Source: Caulobacteraceae bacterium
Lineage (GTDB): Bacteria > Pseudomonadota > Alphaproteobacteria > Caulobacterales > Caulobacteraceae
Reading direction: 5' to 3'
NCBI GenBank assembly: GCA_027489335.1
Contig: JAIXZX010000005.1
Span: forward strand, 87,125 to 151,124
Length of the DNA stretch: 64,000 bases
The notes under the pieces are model-generated. The model saw nothing but the letters and a program-made list of their open reading frames with translations. It ran no database searches and was not told the DNA's origin. This document shows positions 53,203 to 63,199 of this stretch, one piece after another. Positions within the stretch are counted from its first letter, which is position 1. Every line of letters begins with the position of its first letter. The position numbers and the translations under genes were made by a program.

Positions 53203-53509
53203 GCTTGTCGGCGGCGCCTTCCTCATGGCCCATGATGGAGCCGTCCTTGAACAGGTACTCCTTCAGCTGGCCGTCGAACTGCTCATCATTGCGGCGGATC
53301 CATTCCAGGACCATGGCCGCATGCTCCATTTCCTCCTTGGCGTTGTGCAGAAGGATGGCTTTCAGCTCCGGATCGTCGCAGTCGTCGGCCCGCTGGCGGT
53401 ACCAGTCCACCGCCTCCAGCTCCTCCATCAGCGAGGCGATCGCATAGTGGAGCTGGAGCGTCTTGGGGCTAAGCTTTTCCCGGGGGACGTGAAGGGTCTC
53501 GCTGGCCAT
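53192..53509 (-). CDS. Encapsulated-ferritin (EncFtn/Flp)-like protein
   Basis: LMEELEAVDWY, HNAKEEMEHAAM, LEWIRR and YLF match the EncFtn pattern; AGGAG RBS; start ATG 53509 (53515/53518 possible). Confidence 0.9.
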   Translation of the reverse strand: MASETLHVPREKLSPKTLQLHYAIASLMEELEAVDWYRQRADDCDDPELKAILLHNAKEEMEHAAMVLEWIRRNDEQFDGQLKEYLFKDGSIMGHEEGAADKHGL

Positions 53510-53595
53510 AGGCATCATGCTCCTGTCGCAAAGGCCTTCTATTGCACGGGCTCGGACCTGACGCGAGTTGGGGGCGCGAGTTGGGGACAGTCAGA

Positions 53596-55272
53596 ATGAA
53601 GATCGATCGCCGTCGGGCCCTTGCCCTTCTCGGATTCGGCGCCGCCGCGCCGCTCACCGCCCAGGCCCAGGCGCCCTACGGCGGTCCGGTGGCCTTCGAG
53701 CACGGGGTGGCTTCCGGCGACCCTCTGGCTGATGCGGTCATTCTGTGGACCCGGATCACTCCCAAGGCCGAGGGCGCGGGGCAGATCGCCTATGCCTGGC
53801 GGATGAACCCAGTGGATCGCCGGGCCGGCGGCGCCAAGTCCGGAACCGGCGTCACGGGACCCGAGCAGGACTACACGGTGAAGGTCGATGTCACCGGGCT
53901 TGATGCGGCGCGGGCCTACACCTTCGAATTCGAAGCCAACGGCGTCACCTCGCCCATGGGCCGCACCCGCACCCTGCCGGTGGGCGAGACCCGCGAGCTG
54001 GTCCTGGCTGTGGCCTCCTGCTCGCTCTATCCCAACGGCTATTTCAACGCCTATCAGGCCATCGCCGACCTGCCCCAGCTCGACGCGGTGGTCCACCTGG
54101 GCGACTACATCTACGAGTACGGAGGCGAGGGGTCCTACGGCATGACCTCGGCCGTGGCCGGTCAGCGGCCCCATGACCCGCCCCATGAGATCGTGACCCT
54201 GCAGGACTACCGGGTCCGCCACGCCCAGTACAAATCCGACCCGTCGCTGCAGGCCGCCCATGCCCGCGCGCCTTGGATTGTCACCTGGGACGATCACGAG
54301 ACGACCAATAACTCCTGGATGGACGGGGCCGAAAACCATCAGCCCGAGACCGAGGGCGACTGGGCGACCCGCAAGGCCAACGCGCTGAAGGCCTATTTCG
54401 AGTGGATGCCGATCCGCAATCCGGCGCCTGGCGCGGCCATGACCGCCATCAACCGCAGCTTCCATTTCGGCGACCTGGCCAGCCTGATCATGCTGGAAAC
54501 CCGGATCGGCGGCCGCGACCTGCAACTGGACTACGCCAAGGACCTGCCGATCGTGGACGGCCAGGCCGACCTGCCCGCCTTCCGCCAGCGTCTGGACGAT
54601 CCTGATCGTCGCATGATGGGCGCCCAACAGGAGGCCTGGCTCGCCGGCGAATTGGCCAATTCGGTCCAGTCGGGCCGCAAGTGGCAGGTGCTGGGCAACG
54701 CCGTGGTCATGGCGCGGGTCATGATGCCTGCGGCGCGCAAGACCATGGGCGAAGAGGCCTTCGCCCAGGCGATCGCCAGCCTGCCGCCGGGGATCGGCGT
54801 CCTGGTCGAGCGTTGGGAGCGGCTTTCGGCGCTGGGCCTGCCCTACGGCCTGGACATGTGGGACGGATATCCTGTGGCGCGGGAGCGGCTCTACGACGCC
54901 ATTGCGGCCGCCGACGCCCGGGTGGTGGTGGTGTCTGGCGACAGCCACGCCTTCTGGGCCAACGAGCTTTATGATGATGAGGACAAGCTGCGCGCGGTGG
55001 AGTTCGGGACGACCGGGATCACCAGCCCCGGCGCCGGCGACTATCTGACCGGCGTCGAGGTGGGCGAGCTGTTCGCCGCGGCGTCCAAGGAAGTGGTCTT
55101 CTCCGACCAGGCGGCCAAGGGGTTCATCCTGCTGACCCTGACCCCTGACGCGGTGAAGAGCGAGCTGATGACCGTCTCCTCCATCGTCTCGAAGGACTAT
55201 GTGACCGCGGTGCGCAAGTCATTCACCGTCACGGCGCAGGAGTCCGGCGTCTCCCCGCTGAAGGCGCTCTGA
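53596..55272 (+). CDS. phoD: Alkaline phosphatase D family
   Basis: Tat-like DRRRAL signal; FEHGVASGDP, HLGDYIYE, WDDHE, WDGY and GDSH motifs; start corrected to ATG 53596. Confidence 0.94.
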   Translation: MKIDRRRALALLGFGAAAPLTAQAQAPYGGPVAFEHGVASGDPLADAVILWTRITPKAEGAGQIAYAWRMNPVDRRAGGAKSGTGVTGPEQDYTVKVDVTGLDAARAYTFEFEANGVTSPMGRTRTLPVGETRELVLAVASCSLYPNGYFNAYQAIADLPQLDAVVHLGDYIYEYGGEGSYGMTSAVAGQRPHDPPHEIVTLQDYRVRHAQYKSDPSLQAAHARAPWIVTWDDHETTNNSWMDGAENHQPETEGDWATRKANALKAYFEWMPIRNPAPGAAMTAINRSFHFGDLASLIMLETRIGGRDLQLDYAKDLPIVDGQADLPAFRQRLDDPDRRMMGAQQEAWLAGELANSVQSGRKWQVLGNAVVMARVMMPAARKTMGEEAFAQAIASLPPGIGVLVERWERLSALGLPYGLDMWDGYPVARERLYDAIAAADARVVVVSGDSHAFWANELYDDEDKLRAVEFGTTGITSPGAGDYLTGVEVGELFAAASKEVVFSDQAAKGFILLTLTPDAVKSELMTVSSIVSKDYVTAVRKSFTVTAQESGVSPLKAL

Positions 55273-55276
55273 CCCC

Positions 55277-55675
55277 CTAGTCGGGACGCTCCACCAGCCG
55301 GCCGTTCTCCACCACCCGGTAGAAGCACGAGCGGAAGCCTACATGGCAGGCGCCGCCGTCGCCCTGCGGCAGGACCTTGATCCAGACGCAGTCCTGGTCG
55401 CAGTCGATCCGGGTCTCCACCACCTGCTGCACCTGGCCGCTGGTCTCGCCCTTGAGCCACAGGGCCTGGCGGGAGCGGCTGTAGTAGTGGGCCTGTCCGG
55501 TGGAGAGCGTCAGGGCCAGGGCCTCGGCGTTCATCCAGGCGAACATCAGCACCTCGCCGGTCTCGGCGTGGGTGGCGACGGCTGCGATCAGACCATTGGT
55601 GTCAAAGCGCGGAGCGATGGCCGCGCCGCGTTCCAGGGCGTGCTTGTCGGAAGCGGTGGGAAATTGGACGGACAT
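55277..55675 (-). CDS. hisI: Phosphoribosyl-AMP cyclohydrolase
   Basis: MFAWMN, YYSRSR, KGETSG, DCDQD and [10 protein letters not shown] motifs; start corrected to ATG 55675. Confidence 0.96.
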   Translation of the reverse strand: MSVQFPTASDKHALERGAAIAPRFDTNGLIAAVATHAETGEVLMFAWMNAEALALTLSTGQAHYYSRSRQALWLKGETSGQVQQVVETRIDCDQDCVWIKVLPQGDGGACHVGFRSCFYRVVENGRLVERPD

Positions 55676-55688
55676 GGGCAAACTATAG

Positions 55689-55743
55689 CCCTCCTTCCCG
55701 GGCAGGGGGAGATGTCGCAGCGCAGCTTGCGCCGCATAGGGAG
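55689..55743. repeat. Degenerate palindromic intergenic repeat
   Basis: CCCTCCTTCCC-GGGCA-GGGGGAG-ATGTCGC... resembles the CCTCCCC...GGGGAGG repeats of Caulobacterales; single copy here. Confidence 0.35.
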
Positions 55744-55753
55744 ATGATCCGCC

Positions 55754-56806
55754 ATGAGCCTCAGCCGCCGCGTCCTCCTGTCCGCCATCGCCCTGGCCGC
55801 GCCCGCGCCGGCCTTCGCCCAGTGGCCCTTTGGCCTGGGCCGCCCCCGGAACCGGGCGCCGCGTGAGGGCCGGGCTGACTATGCCGGGCCGCCCCTGCGC
55901 CAGCAGTTGGGCGACTGGCAGTTCGACCAGATCCGCACGGCGGTCTCCACCCGCCTGCAGCCGGTGATCCGCGACGCCATCGAAGAGCGGTTCCTCAGCG
56001 GGGTCGTGGCGATGCCTGGCGTAGAGGCCGCCACGGCGGCCTTGGCCGAGCCGGGCGGCGCGGTCTGGACGCAAGGCTGGACCCGCGATGGGACGCCGCC
56101 GCCAGCGCAGTTCGCCTGGGACGGGCTGGAGCGGGCCTATGTCGCCACCGCCGCGGCGCAGATGGTGGAGACCGGCGCCCTGACCCTCGAGGCGCAGATC
56201 GCCCCCTGGGCGCCGGACCGGCCCAACGCCGCCTGGATCACCCTGGAGGACCTGCTGGCCCATACCAGCGGCCTTCCTGCGGCCGACGGGCCTGAACCCC
56301 AGGCTGCCCGCTTCCAGCCAGGTGCGGCGATGGCGCTGTCCCCGGCCAATGACGAGGTCCTGGCGCAGATCCTCACCACGGTGGATGACGCGCCTCTGGC
56401 CGACATCCTGACCCGGCGGATCGCCGAACGGCGCGACCTGCGGGAGACCGCGTTCGGGGCGGGCGATCCGGTGACCGTCTCCGCCTCGGCCCTGGATGTG
56501 GTGCGGTTCTGGCGTGACCTGCTGGGCGAGCGGATGCATGGGGCGCAGGCCACCCGTCGGCGGTTCTACCGGCTACACCCCCTGGCCGAGGGGCTGACCG
56601 ACTATGCCGGCCTGGGCGTGAGGGTTCGCGACCTTGAGGCCGCCGAGGATGCCGCGGCCGACACCTGGCTCTACGCCGGGGAGGCGGACGCCGCAGCCGT
56701 CGTCGCCTATTCGATGACCAGCCGGGCCACGGTGGCGATCGCCCTGAAGGGCGAAGGCGATCCCTACGCCCTGGCGCGAAGCCTGCTCGACCTCGTGCGC
56801 GCCTAA
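55754..56806 (+). CDS. Tat-exported beta-lactamase/serine hydrolase-fold protein, probably inactive
   Basis: SRRVLL twin-arginine signal; [13 protein letters not shown] conserved; SxxK position reads GLER. Confidence 0.75.
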   Translation: MSLSRRVLLSAIALAAPAPAFAQWPFGLGRPRNRAPREGRADYAGPPLRQQLGDWQFDQIRTAVSTRLQPVIRDAIEERFLSGVVAMPGVEAATAALAEPGGAVWTQGWTRDGTPPPAQFAWDGLERAYVATAAAQMVETGALTLEAQIAPWAPDRPNAAWITLEDLLAHTSGLPAADGPEPQAARFQPGAAMALSPANDEVLAQILTTVDDAPLADILTRRIAERRDLRETAFGAGDPVTVSASALDVVRFWRDLLGERMHGAQATRRRFYRLHPLAEGLTDYAGLGVRVRDLEAAEDAAADTWLYAGEADAAAVVAYSMTSRATVAIALKGEGDPYALARSLLDLVRA

Positions 56807-56815
56807 GCTCAGGCA

Positions 56816-57673
56816 GTGAGCCTCAAGGACCAGATAAAGGGCCGGGTCGAGGCCTTCGACGCCTGGGCCAGGCCCTGGACGCTGGGCTCGCCCTGGCGGG
56901 CCGGGGCCTATGAATTTCTGCTGTTTGGACTGAAGCAGGCCTGGGCCTGCCTGTTCGCCGGGACCATGCTGGCCCTGCTGGTGGCCACCAGCTTCTGGTG
57001 GCCGCAGGACGCAGTGCTCGCCCGCTACGACTTTCTGGTGCTGGCGGCGGTGGGCCTGCAGGTCTTCCTGCTCGCCACCGGCCTGGAGCGGCCCCGGGAG
57101 GCCCTGGTCATCGCCATCTTTCATGTGGTCGGCACGGCGATGGAGATCTTCAAGACCGCCCACGGCTCCTGGACCTATCCGGAGGAGAGCCTGTTGCGGA
57201 TCGGCGGCGTGCCGCTGTTTTCGGGCTTCATGTACGCTTGCGTCGGCTCGTTCATGGCCCGGATCATCCGGCTGATGGAGATCCGGTTCGACTTCTATCC
57301 GCCGGTCTGGGCGCCGTGGATCCTGGCGGTGCTGGCCTATGCCAACTTCTTCACCCACCACTATCTGCCGGACATCCGCTGGGGACTGTTCGCCTTCTCG
57401 GCCCTGATCTTCGCCCGCACCTGGGTGGTCTATCGCCCGGACGTGCGAGACCGACGCATGCCCCTGCTGGCGGCCGCCCTGCTGACGGCCTTCTTCATCT
57501 GGATCGCCGAGAATCTGGGGACCTACGCCTCGGCCTGGGTCTATCCCGACCAGGCTGACGGCTGGACGCCGGTCAGCCTGGCCAAGATGGGGTCCTGGTA
57601 CCTGCTGATGATGCTCAGCTTCGTCCTGGTGACCCTGGTCCACCCGCCGCGACGGGCGGAGCGGGCGATCTAG
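56816..57673 (+). CDS. DUF817 family membrane protein
   Basis: FGLKQAWACLF, VPLFSGFMY, FIWIAENLGT and KMGSWYLL patterns; multiple TM helices. Confidence 0.85.
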   Translation: MSLKDQIKGRVEAFDAWARPWTLGSPWRAGAYEFLLFGLKQAWACLFAGTMLALLVATSFWWPQDAVLARYDFLVLAAVGLQVFLLATGLERPREALVIAIFHVVGTAMEIFKTAHGSWTYPEESLLRIGGVPLFSGFMYACVGSFMARIIRLMEIRFDFYPPVWAPWILAVLAYANFFTHHYLPDIRWGLFAFSALIFARTWVVYRPDVRDRRMPLLAAALLTAFFIWIAENLGTYASAWVYPDQADGWTPVSLAKMGSWYLLMMLSFVLVTLVHPPRRAERAI

Positions 57674-58296
57674 CGCTTGTTGACGAAGTCCAGGAACCGC
57701 TGGCGCAAGCTGTTGTCGGTCTTGAACACGCCGGTGAACTGGGTGGTGATGGTGCTGACGTGGCGGTGGTGGACCCCGCGGGTGGTCATGCACTGGTGCT
57801 GGGCGTCGATCAGCACCGCCACGCCGGCCGGGCGCAGACTGTCGGTGATGGCGTCGGCGATCTGCTGGGTCATGGTCTCCTGGGTCTGGAGACGCTTGGC
57901 GTAGATCTCCACCACCCGGGCCAGCTTGGAGATGCCGACGACGCGGTTGGTGGGCATGTAGGCCACATAGGCCTTGCCCAGGAAGGGCGCCATGTGGTGC
58001 TCGCAGTGGCTCTCCACCTCGATCTCGCGCAGCATGACGATGTCGTCATAGCCCTGCACGTCCTCGAAGGTCCGCGACAGCTCCTTGGCCGGATCGGCGC
58101 CATAGCCCTCGAACCAGTCGGCATAGGCGTCCACCACCCGCTTGGGCGTATCGATCACGCCCTCCCGGCGCGGGTCGTCTCCGGCCCAGGCGATCAGGGT
58201 GCGAACGGCCGCCATGGCCTCTTCGCGGGTCGGGCGGGGAAGCGGCTCCAGGCCGGCCGGACCGTTCAGGTTCAAGTCGCGAGTGGGAGCGTCCAT
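57670..58296 (-). CDS. folE: GTP cyclohydrolase I
   Basis: ESHCEHH, GISKLAR, RLQTQE and HQCMTTRG motifs. Confidence 0.97.
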   Translation of the reverse strand: MDAPTRDLNLNGPAGLEPLPRPTREEAMAAVRTLIAWAGDDPRREGVIDTPKRVVDAYADWFEGYGADPAKELSRTFEDVQGYDDIVMLREIEVESHCEHHMAPFLGKAYVAYMPTNRVVGISKLARVVEIYAKRLQTQETMTQQIADAITDSLRPAGVAVLIDAQHQCMTTRGVHHRHVSTITTQFTGVFKTDNSLRQRFLDFVNKR

Positions 58297-58477
58297 GGTC
58301 TGATGAGGCTTTCTCTGGTGCTGAGTTGCGCCGGGCCGACGGGCCCGGAAGTGACGCGCGCCACCGAATTACGGGGGAGGACAGTGCGCGGACGCGCCCC
58401 CTGTCTTCCGGCCCGGGCGATCTGTATATGGTGGCCTATCCCGAGCGGGCAACCGTTCCGCAGCGTCAGTATGGTCT

Positions 58478-59878
58478 ATGTCCCTCAGCCTCTATGACAC
58501 CATGGCCCGCCAGAAGCGGCCCTTCGTCCCCGTCGATCCTAAGCGGGTGACCATGTATGTCTGCGGGCCCACGGTCTACAATTACGCCCATATCGGCAAC
58601 GCCCGGCCGGTCGTGGTCTTCGACGTGCTGTTCCGCCTGCTGCGTCACACCTTTGGCGACGATGCGGTGCTCTATGCGGCCAACGTCACCGACGTGGACG
58701 ACAAGATCAACGCCAAGGCCCAGGCCGAGGGCGTCGACATCGACGTGATCACCCAGCGCTATCTCGACATCTATAATCGCGACATGGCGACCCTGGGCGC
58801 CCTGGCGCCCACCTTCCAGCCCCGCGCCACCCAGACCATGGACGCGATCATCGAGATGATCGGCCGTCTGGTGGACAAGGGCGCGGCCTATGCCGCCGAG
58901 GGCCATGTGCTGTTCAGCACGGAGTCCTATCCCGACTACGGCCAGCTCTCGGGCCGCAGTCTTGAGGACATGATCGCCGGCGCCCGGGTCGATGTGGCGC
59001 CCTATAAGCGCAACCCCGCCGACTTCGTCCTTTGGAAGCCCTCCAAGGCCGGCGAGCCGGTGTGGGACAGCCCCTGGGGCGCCGGACGTCCGGGTTGGCA
59101 CATCGAATGCTCAGCCATGATCGAGCAGACCCTTGGCCTGCCCATCGACATTCATGGGGGCGGCAACGATCTGATCTTCCCCCACCATGAGAACGAACTG
59201 GCGCAAGGGGTCTGCGCCGCCCACGGCTGCGAGTCCGGCCACGGCGCCGACTATGCCCGCTACTGGATGCACAACGGTTTTCTGAACTTCGGTTCGGAGA
59301 AGATGTCCAAGAGCCTCGGCAATGTCGTCCTGGTCCATGACCTGGTGAAACAGACCCCGGGCGAGGCGGTGCGCTGGGCCCTGCTGGTCGGTCACTATCG
59401 CGCGCCCCTGGAGTGGTCTGGCGAGATGCTGGAGCAGGCGCGCAAGTCCCTGGACCGGCTCTACGGCGCCTTGCGCCGGGCGGCTGACGTCACCCCGACC
59501 ACCACGGCCCCGGGGGCGAAATTCCTGGCGGCCCTGGAGGACGACCTCAACACCGCCCAGGCCATGGCCGAGCTGTTCGTCCTGGCCTCGGTGATCGAGA
59601 CCGGCGACGAGGCCGCCCGCGCCCATGCCAAGGGCGAGCTTTTGGCATCCGGCGCTCTGCTCGGTTTCCTGCAGGCCGATCCCGAGACCTGGTTCCAGGG
59701 CGGGGCCGATCCTGAGCTGAAAGCCAGGGTCGAGGCCCTGATCGCCGATCGGATCGCCGCGCGGACCGCCAAGGATTGGCCACGGGCCGATGCGATACGC
59801 GATGAGCTGAACGCGCTGAACGTGGTGGTTATGGATTCCGCCGAGGGCGCCACGTGGCGGCTGAAGGAGCCGAGCTGA
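58478..59878 (+). CDS. cysS: Cysteine--tRNA ligase
   Basis: YVCGPTVY, HIGN, GWHIECS and KMSKS motifs. Confidence 0.98.
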   Translation: MSLSLYDTMARQKRPFVPVDPKRVTMYVCGPTVYNYAHIGNARPVVVFDVLFRLLRHTFGDDAVLYAANVTDVDDKINAKAQAEGVDIDVITQRYLDIYNRDMATLGALAPTFQPRATQTMDAIIEMIGRLVDKGAAYAAEGHVLFSTESYPDYGQLSGRSLEDMIAGARVDVAPYKRNPADFVLWKPSKAGEPVWDSPWGAGRPGWHIECSAMIEQTLGLPIDIHGGGNDLIFPHHENELAQGVCAAHGCESGHGADYARYWMHNGFLNFGSEKMSKSLGNVVLVHDLVKQTPGEAVRWALLVGHYRAPLEWSGEMLEQARKSLDRLYGALRRAADVTPTTTAPGAKFLAALEDDLNTAQAMAELFVLASVIETGDEAARAHAKGELLASGALLGFLQADPETWFQGGADPELKARVEALIADRIAARTAKDWPRADAIRDELNALNVVVMDSAEGATWRLKEPS

Positions 59879-60432
59879 TGATGGGGATGAACCGCAACAC
59901 CAATCCGCTGGCCGCCAGCCAGCTGTCGCCCTCCTTCATGCCGGGCTTCGGGTTTGGCAAGCGCAAGGGCGCGTCCGGCCCCAAGGGCCTGAAGGTGGAG
60001 CATCGGATCGGTGTTCAGGCGCCACCGGAAACGCTTTGGGCGTTGATCTCCGACCTGAACGCCTGGCCGGAATGGAACCCGATCTACACCCGGGCCTCGG
60101 GTGTCCTGTCCATCGGCGCGCCCCTGGAGCTCACCCTGGCCCTGCCCGAACAGGCCCCGCGGCACATCGAGCCGGTGGTGGTGGACTGGGTGCCCCATGA
60201 GCAGCTGCACTGGCGCACCAGCGTGGCCAGCGGCTTCGGCACAGCGATCCGCTATATCGAGATCGATCAGGTGGCCGAGCACGCCTGCATCGTTTCCAAT
60301 GGCGAACTGTTCCAGGGTCTGCTGGGGCCGGCCGCGGCCAAACGCATCCAGCGTCCGCTGAAGAAGGGCTTCGCCGCCATGGGCGAGGCGCTGAAAGCCA
60401 AGGCCGAGGCCGCCTGGCGCGGCCGGGCCTGA
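59878..60432 (+). CDS. SRPBCC/START-domain protein
   Basis: APPETLWALISDLNAWPEWNP pattern and C-terminal helix; start overlaps the cysS stop. Confidence 0.85.
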   Translation: MMGMNRNTNPLAASQLSPSFMPGFGFGKRKGASGPKGLKVEHRIGVQAPPETLWALISDLNAWPEWNPIYTRASGVLSIGAPLELTLALPEQAPRHIEPVVVDWVPHEQLHWRTSVASGFGTAIRYIEIDQVAEHACIVSNGELFQGLLGPAAAKRIQRPLKKGFAAMGEALKAKAEAAWRGRA

Positions 60433-60449
60433 CTCCCCAGATCAGTCCC

Positions 60450-60899
60450 ATGATCGATGACCTCTATTCCGCGCGCCTCCTGAAGCTGGCGGCCAACATG
60501 CCCCGGGCCGGCCGGCTGGCTGTGCCGCATGGCACGTCGGAGAAGGTGGCCAAGCTCTGCGGCAGCCGGGTGGTGGTGGACGTGGTCCTCGATGGCGACC
60601 GGGTCGCCGACTTCGCCCAGGACGTAAAGGCCTGCGCGCTCGGCCAGGCCGCCGCCGCTGTGCTGGGGACTTACGTGGTGGGCGCCTCCCTGTCGGAGAT
60701 CGAGATGGCCCGGGACGCCTTCCGTGCTATGTTGAAGGACGGCGCAGATGCGCCAGTCGGACGTTTTTCGGATCTCTCCATGCTTGCGCCGGTGAAGGAC
60801 TATCCCGCCCGCCACGCCTCCACGCTTCTGGCGTTCGAGGCGACGGTCGACGCCGTCCATCAGGCCCTGGCGCGAACTAGTCCCGCCGGCGCGGCTTGA
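60450..60899 (+). CDS. NifU/IscU-like Fe-S scaffold family protein
   Basis: KLCGS and VKACALGQA motifs. Confidence 0.85.
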   Translation: MIDDLYSARLLKLAANMPRAGRLAVPHGTSEKVAKLCGSRVVVDVVLDGDRVADFAQDVKACALGQAAAAVLGTYVVGASLSEIEMARDAFRAMLKDGADAPVGRFSDLSMLAPVKDYPARHASTLLAFEATVDAVHQALARTSPAGAA

Positions 60900-60953
60900 T
60901 TTGACCGCCCCCGCAACGTAATCGCTGCGAGCAATCGCAAGCCTGCGGCCGGC

Positions 60954-61226
60954 ATGACCCCCTACGAATCCTGCGTCAGAGGCGCCCATCGCGCCTACAA
61001 GCTGACGCTTTCCCCCCTGATCGGACGCCACTGTCGCTTTCTTCCGACCTGCTCGGATTATGCGGCTCAGGCTCTGATCGATCACGGCCCCTGGCGCGGC
61101 TCCTGGCTTGCGGCGCGGCGGCTGTGCCGATGCAACCCCTGGGGTGGTTCGGGCTATGACCCACCGCCTCCGCCGCCGGGCCGCTCCGATGAGCCGCCGG
61201 CGCGCAAATGGACGTGTGACACATGA
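60954..61226 (+). CDS. yidD: Membrane protein insertion efficiency factor YidD
   Basis: [18 protein letters not shown] and GYDP motifs. Confidence 0.92.
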   Translation: MTPYESCVRGAHRAYKLTLSPLIGRHCRFLPTCSDYAAQALIDHGPWRGSWLAARRLCRCNPWGGSGYDPPPPPPGRSDEPPARKWTCDT

Positions 61227-63199
61227 TCGAGCTCGTTTTCCCTGACGGTTCCAAACGGCCCTTCGAGGCCGGCGTGACCGGCCGCCAGATCGCCGCGGGC
61301 ATCTCAAAGTCCCTGGAGAAGAAGGCCGTGCTGGTGAAGCTGGACGGCCAGTTGCTGGACCTGGAGCGGCCGCTGCACGCCAGCGGCGCCTTCCAGATCC
61401 TGACCCGTGAGGATCCCGAGGTCCTGGAGACCATCCGCCACGACGCCGCCCACGTGCTGGCCGAGGCGGTGCAGGAGCTGTTCCCCGGCACCCAGGTGAC
61501 CATCGGCCCGTCCATCGAGGATGGCTTCTATTACGACTTCGCCCGAGACGAGCCCTTCAGCCTCGATGACTTCGAGAAGATCGAAGCCAGGATGCGGGAG
61601 ATCGTCGAGCGGGACGAGCCGATCCGCCGGGAGGTCTGGGACCGCAACCAGGCCATCGAACACTTCCGGGGCATCGGCGAGGCCTACAAGGCCGAGATCA
61701 TCGAGGACCTGCCCGAGACCGAAGAGATCAGCGTCTACTGGCAGGGCGCCTGGAAGGACCTGTGCCTGGGTCCGCACCTGCCCTCGACCAAGCATGTGGG
61801 CAAGGCCTTCAAGCTGACCAAGCTGGCCGGCGCCTACTGGCGCGGCGACCATCGCAACGCCCAGCTGCAGCGTATCTACGGCACCGCCTGGGCCACCGAG
61901 GCAGACCTCGCCGCCTATCTGCAGCGGGTGGAGGAGGCCGAGCGCCGGGACCACCGCAAGATCGGCAAGGCCATGGATCTCTTCCACATCCAGGAAGAGG
62001 GCAAGGGTATGGTCTTCTGGCACGCCAAGGGCTGGACTCTCTATCGCGAGGTGGAGGCCTATATCCGCCGCCGGCTCACCAAGGACGGCTACGAAGAGGT
62101 CAAGACGCCCCAGATCCTCGACCGCTCCCTCTGGGAGGCCTCGGGTCACTGGGAGAAGTTCGGCGCCAACATGTTCGTCTGCGAGACCGCCGAGGGCGAG
62201 AGCCTGGCCGTCAAGCCGATGAACTGCCCGGGCCACGTGCAGATCTTCAATGTCGGCCAGAAGTCCTATCGCGACCTGCCCCTGCGCATGGCCGAGTTCG
62301 GCGCCTGCCACCGCTATGAGCCGTCGGGCGCCCTGCACGGCATCATGCGGGTCCGCGGCTTCACCCAGGACGACGCTCATATCTTCTGTCGGGAAGACCA
62401 GGTGGAGGACGAGACCAAGCGTTTCGTCCGCCTGCTCAACTCGGCCTATGCCGACTTCGGCCTGGAGCTGCACTCGGTGAAGCTCGCCCTGCGGCCCGAC
62501 CTGCGGGCCGGGACCGACGAGGTCTGGGACATCGCCGAGCAGAAGCTGGAGCGCGCCGCCCGGGCGGCGGTGAACATGGGCGTGGAATATCTGCCCGGCG
62601 AAGGCGCCTTCTATGGTCCCAAGCTCGAGTTCCACCTGCGCGACGCCATCGGCCGGACCTGGCAGTGCGGCACCCTGCAGCTGGACTTCGTGCTGCCCGA
62701 GCGGCTGGAGGCCGAATATGTGGCCGAGGACGGCTCCAAGCAGCGGCCGGTGATGCTGCACCGGGCCATCGCCGGCTCGATGGAGCGGTTCATCGGCATG
62801 TTGATCGAGAACTATGCCGGCGCCTTCCCCCTCTGGCTGGCGCCCACCCAGGTGGTGGTGGCGACCATCACGTCTGACGCCGATGACTTCGCCCGAGCTG
62901 CGGCGGCGAAGCTGAAGGCTGCGGGCCTGCGGGTGGAAACCGACCTGCGCAACGAGAAGATCAACTACAAGATCCGCGAGCACAGCCTGACCAAGACCCC
63001 GGTGATCGCGGTGATCGGCCGGCGCGAGGCCGAGGAGGGCAAGGTCGCCCTGCGCCGCCTCGGCTCCCAGGGCCAGGAGATCCTCACCCTCGAGGAGGCG
63101 GTCTTGCAGCTTGCCTCCGAGGCGCTTCCGCCCGATGTTGAACGGGAAGCTCGGGGCGAAGCGGATTCGTGGGGATCCGTCGAGGCCGTGGAGGCTTGA
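61223..63199 (+). CDS. thrS: Threonine--tRNA ligase
   Basis: TGS domain; RHDAAH, RDHRK, KPMNCP, FYGPK and QCGTLQLD motifs. Confidence 0.98.
   Translation: MIELVFPDGSKRPFEAGVTGRQIAAGISKSLEKKAVLVKLDGQLLDLERPLHASGAFQILTREDPEVLETIRHDAAHVLAEAVQELFPGTQVTIGPSIEDGFYYDFARDEPFSLDDFEKIEARMREIVERDEPIRREVWDRNQAIEHFRGIGEAYKAEIIEDLPETEEISVYWQGAWKDLCLGPHLPSTKHVGKAFKLTKLAGAYWRGDHRNAQLQRIYGTAWATEADLAAYLQRVEEAERRDHRKIGKAMDLFHIQEEGKGMVFWHAKGWTLYREVEAYIRRRLTKDGYEEVKTPQILDRSLWEASGHWEKFGANMFVCETAEGESLAVKPMNCPGHVQIFNVGQKSYRDLPLRMAEFGACHRYEPSGALHGIMRVRGFTQDDAHIFCREDQVEDETKRFVRLLNSAYADFGLELHSVKLALRPDLRAGTDEVWDIAEQKLERAARAAVNMGVEYLPGEGAFYGPKLEFHLRDAIGRTWQCGTLQLDFVLPERLEAEYVAEDGSKQRPVMLHRAIAGSMERFIGMLIENYAGAFPLWLAPTQVVVATITSDADDFARAAAAKLKAAGLRVETDLRNEKINYKIREHSLTKTPVIAVIGRREAEEGKVALRRLGSQGQEILTLEEAVLQLASEALPPDVEREARGEADSWGSVEAVEA

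Noticed and set aside
53519-53595. Pho box or sigma-54 promoter between the EncFtn-like gene and phoD
   Set aside because: Only one CTGTCGC half-site is present, and the GG..GC spacing is N9 rather than N10.
60954-61226. yidD separated from the rpmH-rnpA-yidC operon
   Set aside because: To my knowledge this displacement next to thrS is common in Alphaproteobacteria and is not novel.
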